From the IMG/VR virus record IMGVR_UViG_3300050821_010673, positions 3,325 to 67,324 of that record: a stretch of 64,000 nt of DNA. One strand, written 5' to 3'. The number at the start of each line of letters is the position of its first letter. Position 1 is the first letter of the stretch. The stretch is from a virus. A program made the position numbers and the translations under genes. The notes beneath the pieces are model-generated. The model did not search any database. It saw only the letters and a list, made by a program, of their open reading frames with translations, and was not told the origin of the DNA. Shown here one piece after another: positions 30,542-40,772 of this stretch.

Positions 30542-30720
30542 GCCTCATCGTCGACGAGTACCCGCACACGCACCCCTGGTGGTCCTGTCTGGGCTGCTGG
30601 AAGCTCATCGCGCTCGCCGCGATCCTGGTCGCCCTGATGGGGTTGATGCTTCGGGAAATGCTCATGGCACATTAATTCCCTAGTGTGCCACCATCAGGAA
30701 TGCTATAGTTAGGAAACCAT

Positions 30721-31269
30721 ATGCATCAATCCGTCATCGACTTTCTACGGCAGGAAATCAAAGGAAGCGAGATCCTGTCCAAGACCGTCCTCGAGGTCGG
30801 CAGCTACAACGTCAACGGGACGCCTCGGGAGGTCATCGGATCGCTTGGCGCGAGCTGCTATGTCGGCGTCGACTCGCAGCCAGGACCCTGCGTTGATCGG
30901 GTTGTCTCGGCGAACGAACTGATCAAGACTTTCGGCGAAGAGTCGTTCGACGTCGTCATCTCGACAGAGATGCTCGAGCACGTCCGGGACTGGCGGATGG
31001 TCGTCACGCAGATGAAGGGTGTCACGAAGGTCGGCGGTCTGCTGGTCATCACGACTCGCTCTCCTGGATTTCCGTATCATGCGTACCCGGAGGATCACTG
31101 GCGCTTCACGATCAGTGATTTCCAGTCGATCTTCCAGGACATGGCGATCATGACTCTCAAGCCGGACGCCCCTGGCTTTCCGGGCGTCCTCCTGAAGGCG
31201 CGTCGCAAGGCCTGTGCGCTTCTGACGATCGAAGAGCTCTCTACAGTGACCCCTGCTGGCCCACACTAG
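30721..31269 (+). CDS. class I SAM-dependent methyltransferase
   Basis: VLEVGSYNVNG, FDVVISTEMLEH, YHAYPEDHWRF. Confidence 0.85.
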   Translation: MHQSVIDFLRQEIKGSEILSKTVLEVGSYNVNGTPREVIGSLGASCYVGVDSQPGPCVDRVVSANELIKTFGEESFDVVISTEMLEHVRDWRMVVTQMKGVTKVGGLLVITTRSPGFPYHAYPEDHWRFTISDFQSIFQDMAIMTLKPDAPGFPGVLLKARRKACALLTIEELSTVTPAGPH

Positions 31270-31276
31270 GAGGCCC

Positions 31277-32059
31277 ATGGCGAAGAAGAAGGAATACCGG
31301 ATCCAGGCGACCTGCTACGTCTGCTCGAAGGACTTCCTGGCGCGCTACAACATGGTCGCTCGCGCGAAGGTCTGCACGCCGCCGTCCCACGTCTGCAAGC
31401 GCAAGACGCTCAAGGTCCCGGGGCGCCGGGACAAGCTGATCTCCTGCGTCGACGGCTGCTGCAAGTCGAAGTACTACCGCGGCGCGACGCTCTCCGCGAC
31501 GAACGCATCGATCGACTCCAGGAAGTTCCTCGACAACAGAGAATTCCACAAGGTCACGACGGCGTCCCGGAAGCTCGAGGATCCGGCCGGGATCACGATC
31601 CGGTTCATCCTCGAGACCGGCTGCCGGTGCAGCGAGGCCCTGCTCGTCCGAAAGCAGTACATCGAATGGAAGGACGGACCGCTCTCGGTGATCCGGATGC
31701 CGACTCTGAAGAAGGCTGGTCACCCGCTCCTGCCGGTCCACCTCGACAACAACGGGGACTTCTCGAAGGAGCTCCGGGCCTGGGTCAAGAAGCTGAAGCC
31801 GGACGAACTCCTATTCCCGATTGCGAAGCGGACGCTCCAGCGGAACTTCGAGAGGATCCTAGACCGGATCAAGCCGGACAGGTCCAGCCTGATCCATATC
31901 CTCCGGCACACGCGCGCCAGCCGCCTGATCGCCGCCGGGTTCGACCTGAACTACGTCCGGACGCAGCTCCGATGGTCGTCGATCGAGCTGGCGAAGATCT
32001 ACGTCCACACCGAGGAGGATACGGTCGCCAGCACGTTCGACAAGATGAGGGAGAGGTAA
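31277..32059 (+). CDS. tyrosine recombinase with Cys-rich N-terminus
   Basis: TGCRCSE (R), TLKK (K), HILRH (HxxR), LRW in place of LGH, IYVH (Y). Confidence 0.85.
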   Translation: MAKKKEYRIQATCYVCSKDFLARYNMVARAKVCTPPSHVCKRKTLKVPGRRDKLISCVDGCCKSKYYRGATLSATNASIDSRKFLDNREFHKVTTASRKLEDPAGITIRFILETGCRCSEALLVRKQYIEWKDGPLSVIRMPTLKKAGHPLLPVHLDNNGDFSKELRAWVKKLKPDELLFPIAKRTLQRNFERILDRIKPDRSSLIHILRHTRASRLIAAGFDLNYVRTQLRWSSIELAKIYVHTEEDTVASTFDKMRER

Positions 32060-32666
32060 CGATGACGTTCACGACCTCGATGCTCTTCACGATCATCGGC
32101 ATCCTGGTCGTCTCGGTTGCCATCGTTCTCTACTACGACTTCAACTGCGATCCGATCGGCTGCGTCTCCGTCGCGGTCTATGGGCTGGTCATCTTGTTCG
32201 GTGGATTCTGCGGCCTCCTGAAGACCAGAAGGCGCCTTCGGAATCGAGCTGGCACTTAATTAAAGAAGAGTGACAATCCCAAAGGCTTAGGGTAGTATAC
32301 GGCGGAAGAAGAAGGGGTATAGATGGAGACCATGACCAGGAAACCGAAGATCTCCGAGGAGTTCTGCTACTCCTGCGAAAAGCTCCTCTTGACAGAGGAC
32401 GAGAAGCTCGGGCCGGTCTGCGGCGACTGCTTCAAGAAGACGAAGCGCAAGGATGCGCTCATGAAGGCCGCGATCCACAAGAAGCTCGTCGCGGTCGTGC
32501 CGATGGTCTGTCCGCATGACGGACGCGGGCACTACTGTCGAACCCGCTTCAATGTGCTTGTCCTCGACAAGAAGCTCGATCCCATCGAGATCACGGGACC
32601 GTACTCGATGCGAGAGGCTGAGAAGAGGGCTGACAGGCTCCGCCGCCGGATCAACAAGGAGAAGTC

Positions 32667-33164
32667 ATGAGCGAATTCGGACGCGGAAGCTTCGGCGAGC
32701 GGATGATCATGGTCTGTCAGGTCTGTAATAACAACCACCATGAGTCCGGCAAGGAGGTGTTCGTTCCAGACCCCAGGACCGGCGTCGTCAAGCGTATGAA
32801 GTGTCCGCTCTGCTGCTGCCTGGACTGTGTCCAGACGTCTGACGATCCGATCCGTCGGCAGATCCGGCCGCTCATGATGGGCCAGACGCTCAGCTCGAAG
32901 TACAACCTGAACGTCGACGAATTTAAGCCCGGTCAACAGCCGACCAAGAGGAACATCTCCATCAACGCGCCCGGTCCGCTCAACATGAAGGACGCCATGG
33001 CCCAGATCCAGGGGATGCTAGGGCTCCAGGCGGCGGAGCCGAGGCGTCACGGCATCGGGCAGGCCGTCGGCTGCGGTTGCTGGAAGAACGCGGTCTCGAA
33101 GTGCATCGGCTGCGAGGCGCCGCTCTGTATGAAGTGCCTGAAGTCCCACGACTGTGATCAATAG
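32667..33164 (+). CDS. Zn-finger protein
   Basis: CQVC, CPLC, C..C.APLC..C...H. Confidence 0.6.
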   Translation: MSEFGRGSFGERMIMVCQVCNNNHHESGKEVFVPDPRTGVVKRMKCPLCCCLDCVQTSDDPIRRQIRPLMMGQTLSSKYNLNVDEFKPGQQPTKRNISINAPGPLNMKDAMAQIQGMLGLQAAEPRRHGIGQAVGCGCWKNAVSKCIGCEAPLCMKCLKSHDCDQ

Positions 33165-33626
33165 AATTAGGAGAGCCTATACTGTCTGATGACATCGCTC
33201 ATGGAGTCGGTAGATACCTGACACGGTCCAACGCAGGGCCTACGGTGGTCGTCCAGATCTCAAAGGTCGACAACGGCTACACGCTGAATCTCCAGGAGCA
33301 GCTGCCGCGTGAACCTGTCGTGCCGGACTTCCAGAATCCGTTCGAGGGGATGGATCCGGACGAGATCGTCGACAAGATGATCAACGGCATGGGCGCCGTG
33401 ATCCGGACGATCAACGACAAGGGCGCCGGGGAGTCCTGGAAGGACGACGAAGACCGGCAGGCGGTGCGCGAGGCCTTCAAGGTCATGTTCCCAGGTCTAG
33501 CCCGGAGCATTCGGCCGCCGCGGATGCCGAAGGTCCCGAGGTACGAGGACCGGGTCTTCGAGTCGAAGGAGACGCTGCTGAAGTACCTGACGGAGAATCT
33601 CTAGGCGTCGTGTGACTGACAGTAGG

Positions 33627-33660
33627 GATGGGGCGCCGAGCGTTGTCTCGGCGCCCCGTC
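33627..33660. terminator. GC-rich hairpin
   Basis: GATGGGGCGCCGAG/CTCGGCGCCCCGTC. Confidence 0.5.
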
Positions 33661-35089
33661 GAGAGAGGGATGGAAAGGAATATTTAATGTACTTCGAAGG
33701 AAAATCAACTGCAAGGAGGATCTGGCGATGAGCAGCGGCATTCAGGTTCTGATGGCCCCGCTCCCGGGGCAGCGGATCGTCAACGCGAAGGATCCGGAGG
33801 ACGGCTACGAGGACGGCTCGGTCCTGGCCTACCGGAAGGATGGTGACGAGGTTCTGTTCGCCTCCTGGGACGTCGAGGAGCCCAAAGGCATGGTCTGGAT
33901 CCCCGTGGTGGAGTTCACGCCGGATCCCGAGGCAATCCAGCCGCCGGACCTCGCCGACGTCGAGCAGCCCGTCGAGGAGTCGACCGACGGCACCGGCACG
34001 TCCGAGAAGCCCCAGAGCAGCCCGTTCGGCCGCGGAGGCCTCCGGCGCCGTCCGGGGGTGGAGTAGGCCATGGGAAAAAAGAGCAAGCCGGACGAGCCCG
34101 AGCAGTATGAGATCTGGATCCTGACCGAGGTGAAGGGCTGGTTCCAGGTCCAGGAGGACGGAAATCCGATCTTCACCAACAAGAACCGGGCCCTCCTGCT
34201 GGCCTTCCAGAAGTCTGGAGGGACCGGCGTCGTCGAGACTGTCGTCTTCGCCCGCCGCGCGATCGCCACGTTCAACGGCGAGGCCGTCGGCGCGAAGCAT
34301 CGTTTGAAGGTCATGGAGAAGAAGGAGGTTCCAGATGCCCCGGTTCACAGCGGTGGTGAAAAAGAAGTCGACGTTCCGGACACCGGTCCTGCAGACCAAC
34401 CTGAAGCCGGTCCTGGTGGGGCCTGACGGAAAGGAGCTTCCGAAGGACGCCGACGGCGCCTACATCGGCACCGGCGTGCCGAAGTTCGAGCTCACGAAGA
34501 CCGACTCGGTCGACGATCCCCTGACGGACGAGACCGGCAACCCGGTCACGGCCGGAAGCCCCGAGGCGCTCCTCCGGAAGGTCAAGGAGCACTTCGCCGC
34601 CGACGAGTTCGAGAACGTCGAGATCCTGGAGGTCGCGATCCAGGAGACCCTGACCATGCGGAAAGTGACCGGCGAGGAGCTGAAGAAGCTGTGACGATCG
34701 AGGGGGACATCCCGGTCGCCTGCGTCGAGTCCGGAGCGGTCTACCTGCTCCGGAAGGTGGCCGGGGAGGACCCAAAGCACCTCGCCACCGCCATCCAGGG
34801 CCTGGAGCGGGACGGGGTCAACATGCGCTTCGTCGGGGTCCCCTGCTCGGACTGCCGGTTCACGGTATCGACCGACCGGGACATGGCGAAGAGCTCGACC
34901 TGCGAGTACCGGCCCCTCTGCGGGCCTCTGTACGTTCCACGAAAGCCCGGAGCCCTGCCTTCCCAGGATAGGGGCTCCCATACCCCTCCCTGAACGCTGG
35001 AGGGGCCCGGACACCTTACCCGGGCCCCTCCGGGGGCATGGAACCCCGGGTCTGGAGGCCGGAAAGGTACTTCCGTGAGGTTGTAGACG

Positions 35090-35536
35090 ATGGAAATCAA
35101 GCTTGGAAAGAGCGGGCTCGTCGCACTAGTTGACGAGGAGGACTTCGAGCGTGTCTCGAAGTACCGCTGGTATCCGGATATCAGGAAGAACGGACAGCGG
35201 TACGCAAAAGGAAAGATTGATGGTCGCTGGACAAGAATGCATCGGTTTATTTTCAACCTTCCTCCAGGTGTAGGTGAAGTCGACCACGAAGATGGAGACG
35301 GTTTTAACAACCGAAGAGGAAACCTGATTCAAAGCACTAGGGCTGAGAATGCCAGGAACGGCAGGAAGCACAGAGACGGTAAGTCTCGCCATCGTGGAGT
35401 TCAGCCCTTCAGAGATCACTGGACGGCAGTCCTTTGGTTAGGACACTTCGAGACCGAGGAAGCTGCCGCTGCGGCCTACGTCAAAGCATACCAAGGGTAC
35501 TTTGGGCATCCTCCCAGGCACCCATCTAAGCCGTAA
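35090..35536 (+). CDS. HNH-AP2 type homing endonuclease
   Basis: ALVDEED, MHRFI, VDHEDGDGFNNRRGNL, LGHFETEEAAA.AY. Confidence 0.85.
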   Translation: MEIKLGKSGLVALVDEEDFERVSKYRWYPDIRKNGQRYAKGKIDGRWTRMHRFIFNLPPGVGEVDHEDGDGFNNRRGNLIQSTRAENARNGRKHRDGKSRHRGVQPFRDHWTAVLWLGHFETEEAAAAAYVKAYQGYFGHPPRHPSKP

Positions 35537-35593
35537 ATCCCTCCTAGGGATGGCATAAAAGGATCATTTCATGCCAAATCGCATATTTTTCGT

Positions 35594-35622
35594 TTGACTA
35601 CTGTACAGTAGTCGTATAGAAT
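35594..35622 (+). promoter_or_regulatory. sigma70 promoter with embedded 18-bp palindromic operator
   Basis: TTGACT-17-TAGAAT; perfect palindrome GACTACTGTACAGTAGTC at 35596-35613. Confidence 0.7.
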
Positions 35623-35628
35623 CATGTC

Positions 35629-36234
35629 ATGAGGAAAGGAGGTCCCCAGGTGAAGAAGGACACGGTCAACCGGGAGACGTGGCTGCGGGCGGCGTACGCC
35701 CTCCTGCGGCGTAAGCTCCTGAAGGAGGCGCCGGAGCGCGTCGCGATCTCCTGGTCGTTCCCGGCCAAGGGCGGGACGTCGGCGAACCGGCGTCGGATCG
35801 GCGAGTGCCACTACAAGGGCGGCTCGGCCGACGGCAAGATCGAGGGGGACCGGGTCCTCCTGATCTCCCCGACGCTCCGGACGCCGTACGAGCTGGTCGA
35901 GGTCCTGCTCCACGAAATGGTCCACGCGACCCTGCCGATGGGCTGCGGACACCGGGCGCAGTTCTCCCGGCTCGCGGCCAGGGTCGGCCTCGTGAAGCCC
36001 TGGACGGCCACGAAGGCCTCTCCGGAGCTCGCCAAGCGGATCCAGGGGGAGTTCCTGAAGGCCCTGCCGGTCTGGCCCGGCGGCTTCCTGACGATCCAGA
36101 CGACCCAGAAGAACCGCCAGCTGAAGGCGGTCTGCCAGTGCGACGAGCCCAGGATCATCCGTGGCTCGGCGAAGCTCTTCGAGCAGGGCCCGATCGTCTG
36201 CGGCCTGTGCGACGAGCCGTTCAACCTGGACTAG
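35629..36234 (+). CDS. SprT-like zinc metallopeptidase domain protein
   Basis: LLHEMVH, GH...F, C-terminal CQC..CGLC. Confidence 0.8.
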   Translation: MRKGGPQVKKDTVNRETWLRAAYALLRRKLLKEAPERVAISWSFPAKGGTSANRRRIGECHYKGGSADGKIEGDRVLLISPTLRTPYELVEVLLHEMVHATLPMGCGHRAQFSRLAARVGLVKPWTATKASPELAKRIQGEFLKALPVWPGGFLTIQTTQKNRQLKAVCQCDEPRIIRGSAKLFEQGPIVCGLCDEPFNLD

Positions 36235-36270
36235 CGCGTGTACACGACGACTTTCAAGAAGGAGGATATC

Positions 36271-36711
36271 ATGATGTCCACGATGGAACCGAAGGCCGCG
36301 CGCCCGGCCTGCAAGCTCTTCAACGGGCGCTACACGGTCGAGTCGAAGGCGACCGGCGAGTACCGGACCTTCTGGGTCCGGACGCACGCCGCGGACGCCG
36401 AGTTCGCGCCCGGAAAGCGCGTCCTGTCTCTCCTGACCGGCTCCCAGAACGACGATCCGGACCACTACACCGGCTTCGCCTTCGTCGACGACTCCGGGAT
36501 CCACGTCTGGCACTCGAAGGCCGACAAGAGCCCGCTCTGGCGCCAGTACGCCGACATGCTATGGACGCTGGCCCTGGACGGTGCCTTCTCGACCTGGGCC
36601 GCTAAGGGCTACCGGATCCACCAGGAGGGCAGCTGCATGAGGTGCAACCGGCCCCTGACGACGCCCCGGTCGATCCAGATGGGCATCGGACCAATCTGCG
36701 AGAACCTGTAG
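36271..36711 (+). CDS. DUF6011-like phage protein
   Basis: CMRCNRPLTTPRSIQMGIGPIC. Confidence 0.75.
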   Translation: MMSTMEPKAARPACKLFNGRYTVESKATGEYRTFWVRTHAADAEFAPGKRVLSLLTGSQNDDPDHYTGFAFVDDSGIHVWHSKADKSPLWRQYADMLWTLALDGAFSTWAAKGYRIHQEGSCMRCNRPLTTPRSIQMGIGPICENL

Positions 36712-36722
36712 AAGGAGGACTC

Positions 36723-36944
36723 ATGTTCTGTGCCACTTGCATCAGCTACCCGGACCACGTCAGCTTCGCGGTCTAGGTGATCGCCGACGACTCCGGCAAG
36801 TTCTGCGGCAATAGCCTGCGCTTCGGCTCGCCGGACGAGGCTAAGACGTACGCCAAGGATCTGTACTCCCGCTGGACCGCGGTCCGGGAGTACCGTGTCG
36901 TTCCGTCGACGGATCCCGTGAATCAGAAGGTCATGGTCCGCTGA
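36723..36944 (+). pseudogene. small phage ORF with in-frame TAG
   Basis: AAGGAGG-ATG, then ..SFAV*VIADDSGKFCGNSLRF..; TAG at 36774-36776. Confidence 0.5.
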
Positions 36945-37769
36945 AGAGGAGGTGTTCATTGAATTCAGAGAAGCTACCTGAGACCGATCTCCACGCGGTC
37001 ACGAGAGTCGGCATCTTTGACGTCCAGGTCTGCTCACTCGCTAGCGAGGAGGATGCGCTGGCCTGGGTCCGCAGCGCTTTCCCGTCCGGGACGAAGGCTA
37101 ACTGGATGAAGTCCGACGACGACCGTCACAAGCCGATCGCCTGCGCCAACTGGGGCGGTCGGACGCACTACGTATTTGTTTCCTAGAGGAAGGAGGAGCG
37201 CGATGCGATCGAAGGACGTCAATCCCGAGAAGTTCCCGCACCTGTACGCAGCCCTGCGGCGCGCCGAGGTGCGGTACATCGACAACGGCTGGGCCAGGGT
37301 CGCCGAGCTGCGCCGATCGGGCCAGGACGACTCGGCCGGTCGGCTCGCCCGGAAGCTCCTGGGCGTCCAGGGTCCGCCGATGTCCGAGGAGACCAAGGAG
37401 AAGCTGCGCCGGTACAACGAGGATCACAAGGAGGAGATCCGGGAGCGCAAGCAGCAGGAGCGCGAGGTCCGGCAGCGGACGCTGGCGATCCTGACGACGG
37501 GAAGGAGGATCCGCCGGTGATCGAGACGAAGTACAAGTGGACGGTCTACCTTGCTGGAGATCTCCTGGACATCATGACGGACAAGGAGGTGGAGTATCTC
37601 GTCTGCACCTGGAAAATTCATCGTATCGATACGGAGCGCGGTGTCATCGAGTTTTGAGGAAGGAGGAACCCATGCATCACTTTCACGGTAACGCGGGACT
37701 GTTTCTGCTCGGCGTCCTTGTTCTGGTCGTCGCGGTCCTGCTCTCGATGAGAAGGGAGGAGATGTAGGC

Positions 37770-38093
37770 ATGGTCACTCAGGTAAGGATCGCGGCCGAGC
37801 TCGGGCTGGACGTCTCGACCGTCAACAAGATCATCAATAGAGTCGAAGGCCCGGTCTTCCTGGATAAGACCATCAAGGCGGTCTTCCAGAAGGCCCGGGA
37901 GCTCGGCTATCAGCCCAGCAGCGCCTCGAAGGGTATTATGAGGCGGACTCTGGAGGAGCTATTTCCGAGAGAGGACGACAACGTCACCCTGGCGATCATT
38001 CGTGGGGTCGACCACCACGAGGTCGTCCGCATCAAGAAGATGGTCTACAAGGACTATTCTCCTAAGGAGGGGAGGCCCCTTCCGAAGGCGTAA
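37770..38093 (+). CDS. LacI-type HTH DNA-binding protein
   Basis: TQVRIAAELGLDVSTVNKIIN...ARELGYQP. Confidence 0.8.
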   Translation: MVTQVRIAAELGLDVSTVNKIINRVEGPVFLDKTIKAVFQKARELGYQPSSASKGIMRRTLEELFPREDDNVTLAIIRGVDHHEVVRIKKMVYKDYSPKEGRPLPKA

Positions 38094-38105
38094 CCCCTCT
38101 CTATC

Positions 38106-38137
38106 TGGGCCGGAGCACTTGTGCTCCGGCCCATCTT
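38106..38137 (+). terminator. hairpin terminator
   Basis: TGGGCCGGAGCAC/GTGCTCCGGCCCA. Confidence 0.55.
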
Positions 38138-38387
38138 GCGGGCGCTCCTGTGTGGAGCGTCCACAAGATGGTAACTTGTCGCGTCTGCCGTCAGCGTCCG
38201 GACTTCGTCGCGATCCGCCAGACCAGGATCCGCGCCCGGATCTACGGGATCGTCCCGTACGGGCTATGCTTCTGTGGAATGGAAGTCCTGCCTGAGCGGA
38301 ACGACCGGAACTACCGGAAACGCTGGAAACGGACCTTATGGAGGCTCGTATTCCGTGCCGGTAACCAGGGGTAATCTTGAGGTTTTC

Positions 38388-38882
38388 ATGCCCGAAAAGA
38401 CCCGGTTAGGCCTGTTCCTAGACAAGATCTGGATCGGTCCGCTGACCGGCTGCTGGTACTGGACCGGCGCGATCCGTCGCTGGTCGAAGGAGCCGTGGGA
38501 CGGCGGCTACGGGGCGTTCTGGGACGGAGAGCGGGTCGTCCGGGCGCACGTCTGGTTCTACCGGCAGCTGATCGGTGAGATTCCGCCAGGGAACGTACTG
38601 CTCCACGAGTGCGACAACAGGAGATGTGTCAACGTCGTCAAGCACATCCGCCCCGGGACGCAGCTCCAAAACGTCCGGGACATGATCGCCAAGGGAAGAT
38701 CGATTCAGCAGCGTCGAAAGGCTACAATTCTACAGGGAGGATCCATTGCCGAATCCACGACTCCGGAAGGGTCATCCAAATCCGTACGGTCCGACGGGCT
38801 TGTCCAGGTCGGTCCTCCTGCAGCTCGAGAATGGGCCAGTCACGATCAACCAGATCCTGGAGACGCTCGGCCCTCGGTCTGA
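38388..38882 (+). CDS. HNH endonuclease
   Basis: CWYWTG, GYG, RAH, LHECDNRRCVN..H...GT...N..DM..KGR. Confidence 0.85.
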   Translation: MPEKTRLGLFLDKIWIGPLTGCWYWTGAIRRWSKEPWDGGYGAFWDGERVVRAHVWFYRQLIGEIPPGNVLLHECDNRRCVNVVKHIRPGTQLQNVRDMIAKGRSIQQRRKATILQGGSIAESTTPEGSSKSVRSDGLVQVGPPAAREWASHDQPDPGDARPSV

Positions 38883-39099
38883 CGGCGTCAATCGAGGGAC
38901 GGTCTATACGATCCTGGCCCGGGCCGCCCAGAACGGTCTCGTCGCCTGCAACAAGACCGATGCCAACGCGAAGAGGCCGTACTTCTTCGAGCTGACGGAC
39001 GGCGGTCGGCGCCGGGTGAAGTGGATCCGCGGGCGCGCCCGGAAGAAGGTCCACGAGGAACGCCGGGCTGTTGCGAACCCGAAGGCCGAGGAGGAGTGA
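38746..39099 (+). CDS. winged-helix (PadR/MarR-like) DNA-binding protein
   Basis: GTVYTILAR...GLV...FELTDGG. Confidence 0.65.
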   Translation: MPNPRLRKGHPNPYGPTGLSRSVLLQLENGPVTINQILETLGPRSDGVNRGTVYTILARAAQNGLVACNKTDANAKRPYFFELTDGGRRRVKWIRGRARKKVHEERRAVANPKAEEE

Positions 39100-40247
39100 T
39101 GGGTAAGCTCGACGTCTCCATGAAGAAGTGGGAGAAGAATCCCGCCATGCTCCGGATCATCCGGATGCTCGAGGACGCCTTCAACTCGATCGGCGAGAAG
39201 ATCCGCACGGACCTCCTGAAGGCCTACCGTGCGCACGCGAAGGAGTCGTACGACGAGTTCGTGAAGGCCATGAAAACCAGCGTCGGAGAGATTACTCCAA
39301 GAGGTGAGCGCTTCCCGAAATTCAAGAACTGGCACGACTATGTTGCGATCGACACGAAGAGGGCCCAGCAGGCCGGTATCTACACCAGCTACGTCTCCAC
39401 CTGGATGCAGGTGAAACAGCTGTATGCCTTCGTCTCCGTGGACTACAGTAAGGCCGAGGAGCAGGCGAACTACTCGTACGAGCGCGCCCGGGACTCCTTC
39501 GTCTACAAGAACATCGGCAAGCTGGCGAACGTCCTCGGTGCCCGTCAGGACCTGAAGAACGCCGTCATCAGGTTCGACTGGAGAGGAAACTACTTCAAGG
39601 GGAACATCCAGGTCTACCTGGAAGGCGCCTACTTCCGAGGCGACGTCGACATCAAGTACGTGATCCGCCGGATCCCGAACGTCACGCCGTACTTCCAGTA
39701 CCCTCTCGTATTCGTCGAGGCGGACGTCAACGGCACGCACTACCCTCGTCCGTCCGAGGAAGAGCTCCGGATCCTCCTCGGCGCCACGAAGAGCGCCGCC
39801 GAGGAGAAGCGGGAGCTCGCCGCTGCGGCCGGGATCTGCCCGATGAGCGGACAGTCCGTCCCGGATTCGCTCCTGAAGGGACTGTACAACAGGATGGCTG
39901 TCTACGTCCGGTGTCCCGGCTGCGGAGCCGTCGCCAGTGTCGTCAAGGACACCTGGAAGTTCCGGAGCCACAAGACGCCGGGCGCCGAACGGGCCGGAGC
40001 TGCAGCGAAGCTCGAGACGGCGGGCTACTGCCCGAAGAGCCGCGAGAAGGTGTCTCCGGCGACGATCGCTACGATCGGTCCAGTTTCAGGATACAGCGAT
40101 CCGAAGGTCGTCTGCGAGGGCTGCGGGCAGATGACCCGGCTCGACGCCAAGAGGGAATGGATCTTTGAAGGCGTCAAGGAAGGTGAGCACGCGACGAAAG
40201 CTCGCGTGACGTCGGCCGTGTATTACAAGCATAAGCTGGCACACTAG
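39099..40247 (+). CDS. hypothetical protein with two C-terminal Zn-finger repeats
   Basis: GICPMS..CPGCG..HK and GYCPKS..CEGCG..HK; stop lies inside a family A site. Confidence 0.65.
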   Translation: MGKLDVSMKKWEKNPAMLRIIRMLEDAFNSIGEKIRTDLLKAYRAHAKESYDEFVKAMKTSVGEITPRGERFPKFKNWHDYVAIDTKRAQQAGIYTSYVSTWMQVKQLYAFVSVDYSKAEEQANYSYERARDSFVYKNIGKLANVLGARQDLKNAVIRFDWRGNYFKGNIQVYLEGAYFRGDVDIKYVIRRIPNVTPYFQYPLVFVEADVNGTHYPRPSEEELRILLGATKSAAEEKRELAAAAGICPMSGQSVPDSLLKGLYNRMAVYVRCPGCGAVASVVKDTWKFRSHKTPGAERAGAAAKLETAGYCPKSREKVSPATIATIGPVSGYSDPKVVCEGCGQMTRLDAKREWIFEGVKEGEHATKARVTSAVYYKHKLAH

Positions 40248-40313
40248 CTAAATAGAGTGCCGTAGGCGTATAATCGTACAACGGGAAGATTATAGAGCGA
40301 CATCGGAGGTAAT

Positions 40314-40772
40314 ATGGATCCATTGTTAGTCGGTGGAGGGGCGCTACTGGCGTACCTCTTTCTCTCCAAGAAGAGTGATCCTGTAGCCAGCCTCACCGAT
40401 CAAGCGATGGCAATTGCTCAGCAAAACATCGACAGTGGAGTTCCAGTCTCTCAGGCGATCAATCATGCGGCAGCCTCTGTTGTAGCTGTATCCCAGAATC
40501 AACCCCCACCCCCATCCCCACTGCAATACTCATCTATTTCCACTCCAACGGCCCCAAGTGGCCCGATCATCAGCCTCAACGACCCGCGCATCAGCGCGGC
40601 GATAGCGAATAAAGACGCTATGTTTGGGGCGGAGATCAGCGCGGTCGGAATGCCAATCGACGTCCGGAACGCGCTCGTCTCTCAAGGCTGGACGTGGACC
40701 GGCTCTGTCTTTAATCCAGGCGGCCTGTACCCCCCTGGTACGGACCCATCGAAGATAATTATCGCTGCCTAG
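40314..40772 (+). CDS. membrane-anchored virion-like protein
   Basis: N-terminal TM (LLVGGGALLAYLFL-SKK); SGVPVSQAI module shared with structural genes. Confidence 0.6.
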   Translation: MDPLLVGGGALLAYLFLSKKSDPVASLTDQAMAIAQQNIDSGVPVSQAINHAAASVVAVSQNQPPPPSPLQYSSISTPTAPSGPIISLNDPRISAAIANKDAMFGAEISAVGMPIDVRNALVSQGWTWTGSVFNPGGLYPPGTDPSKIIIAA

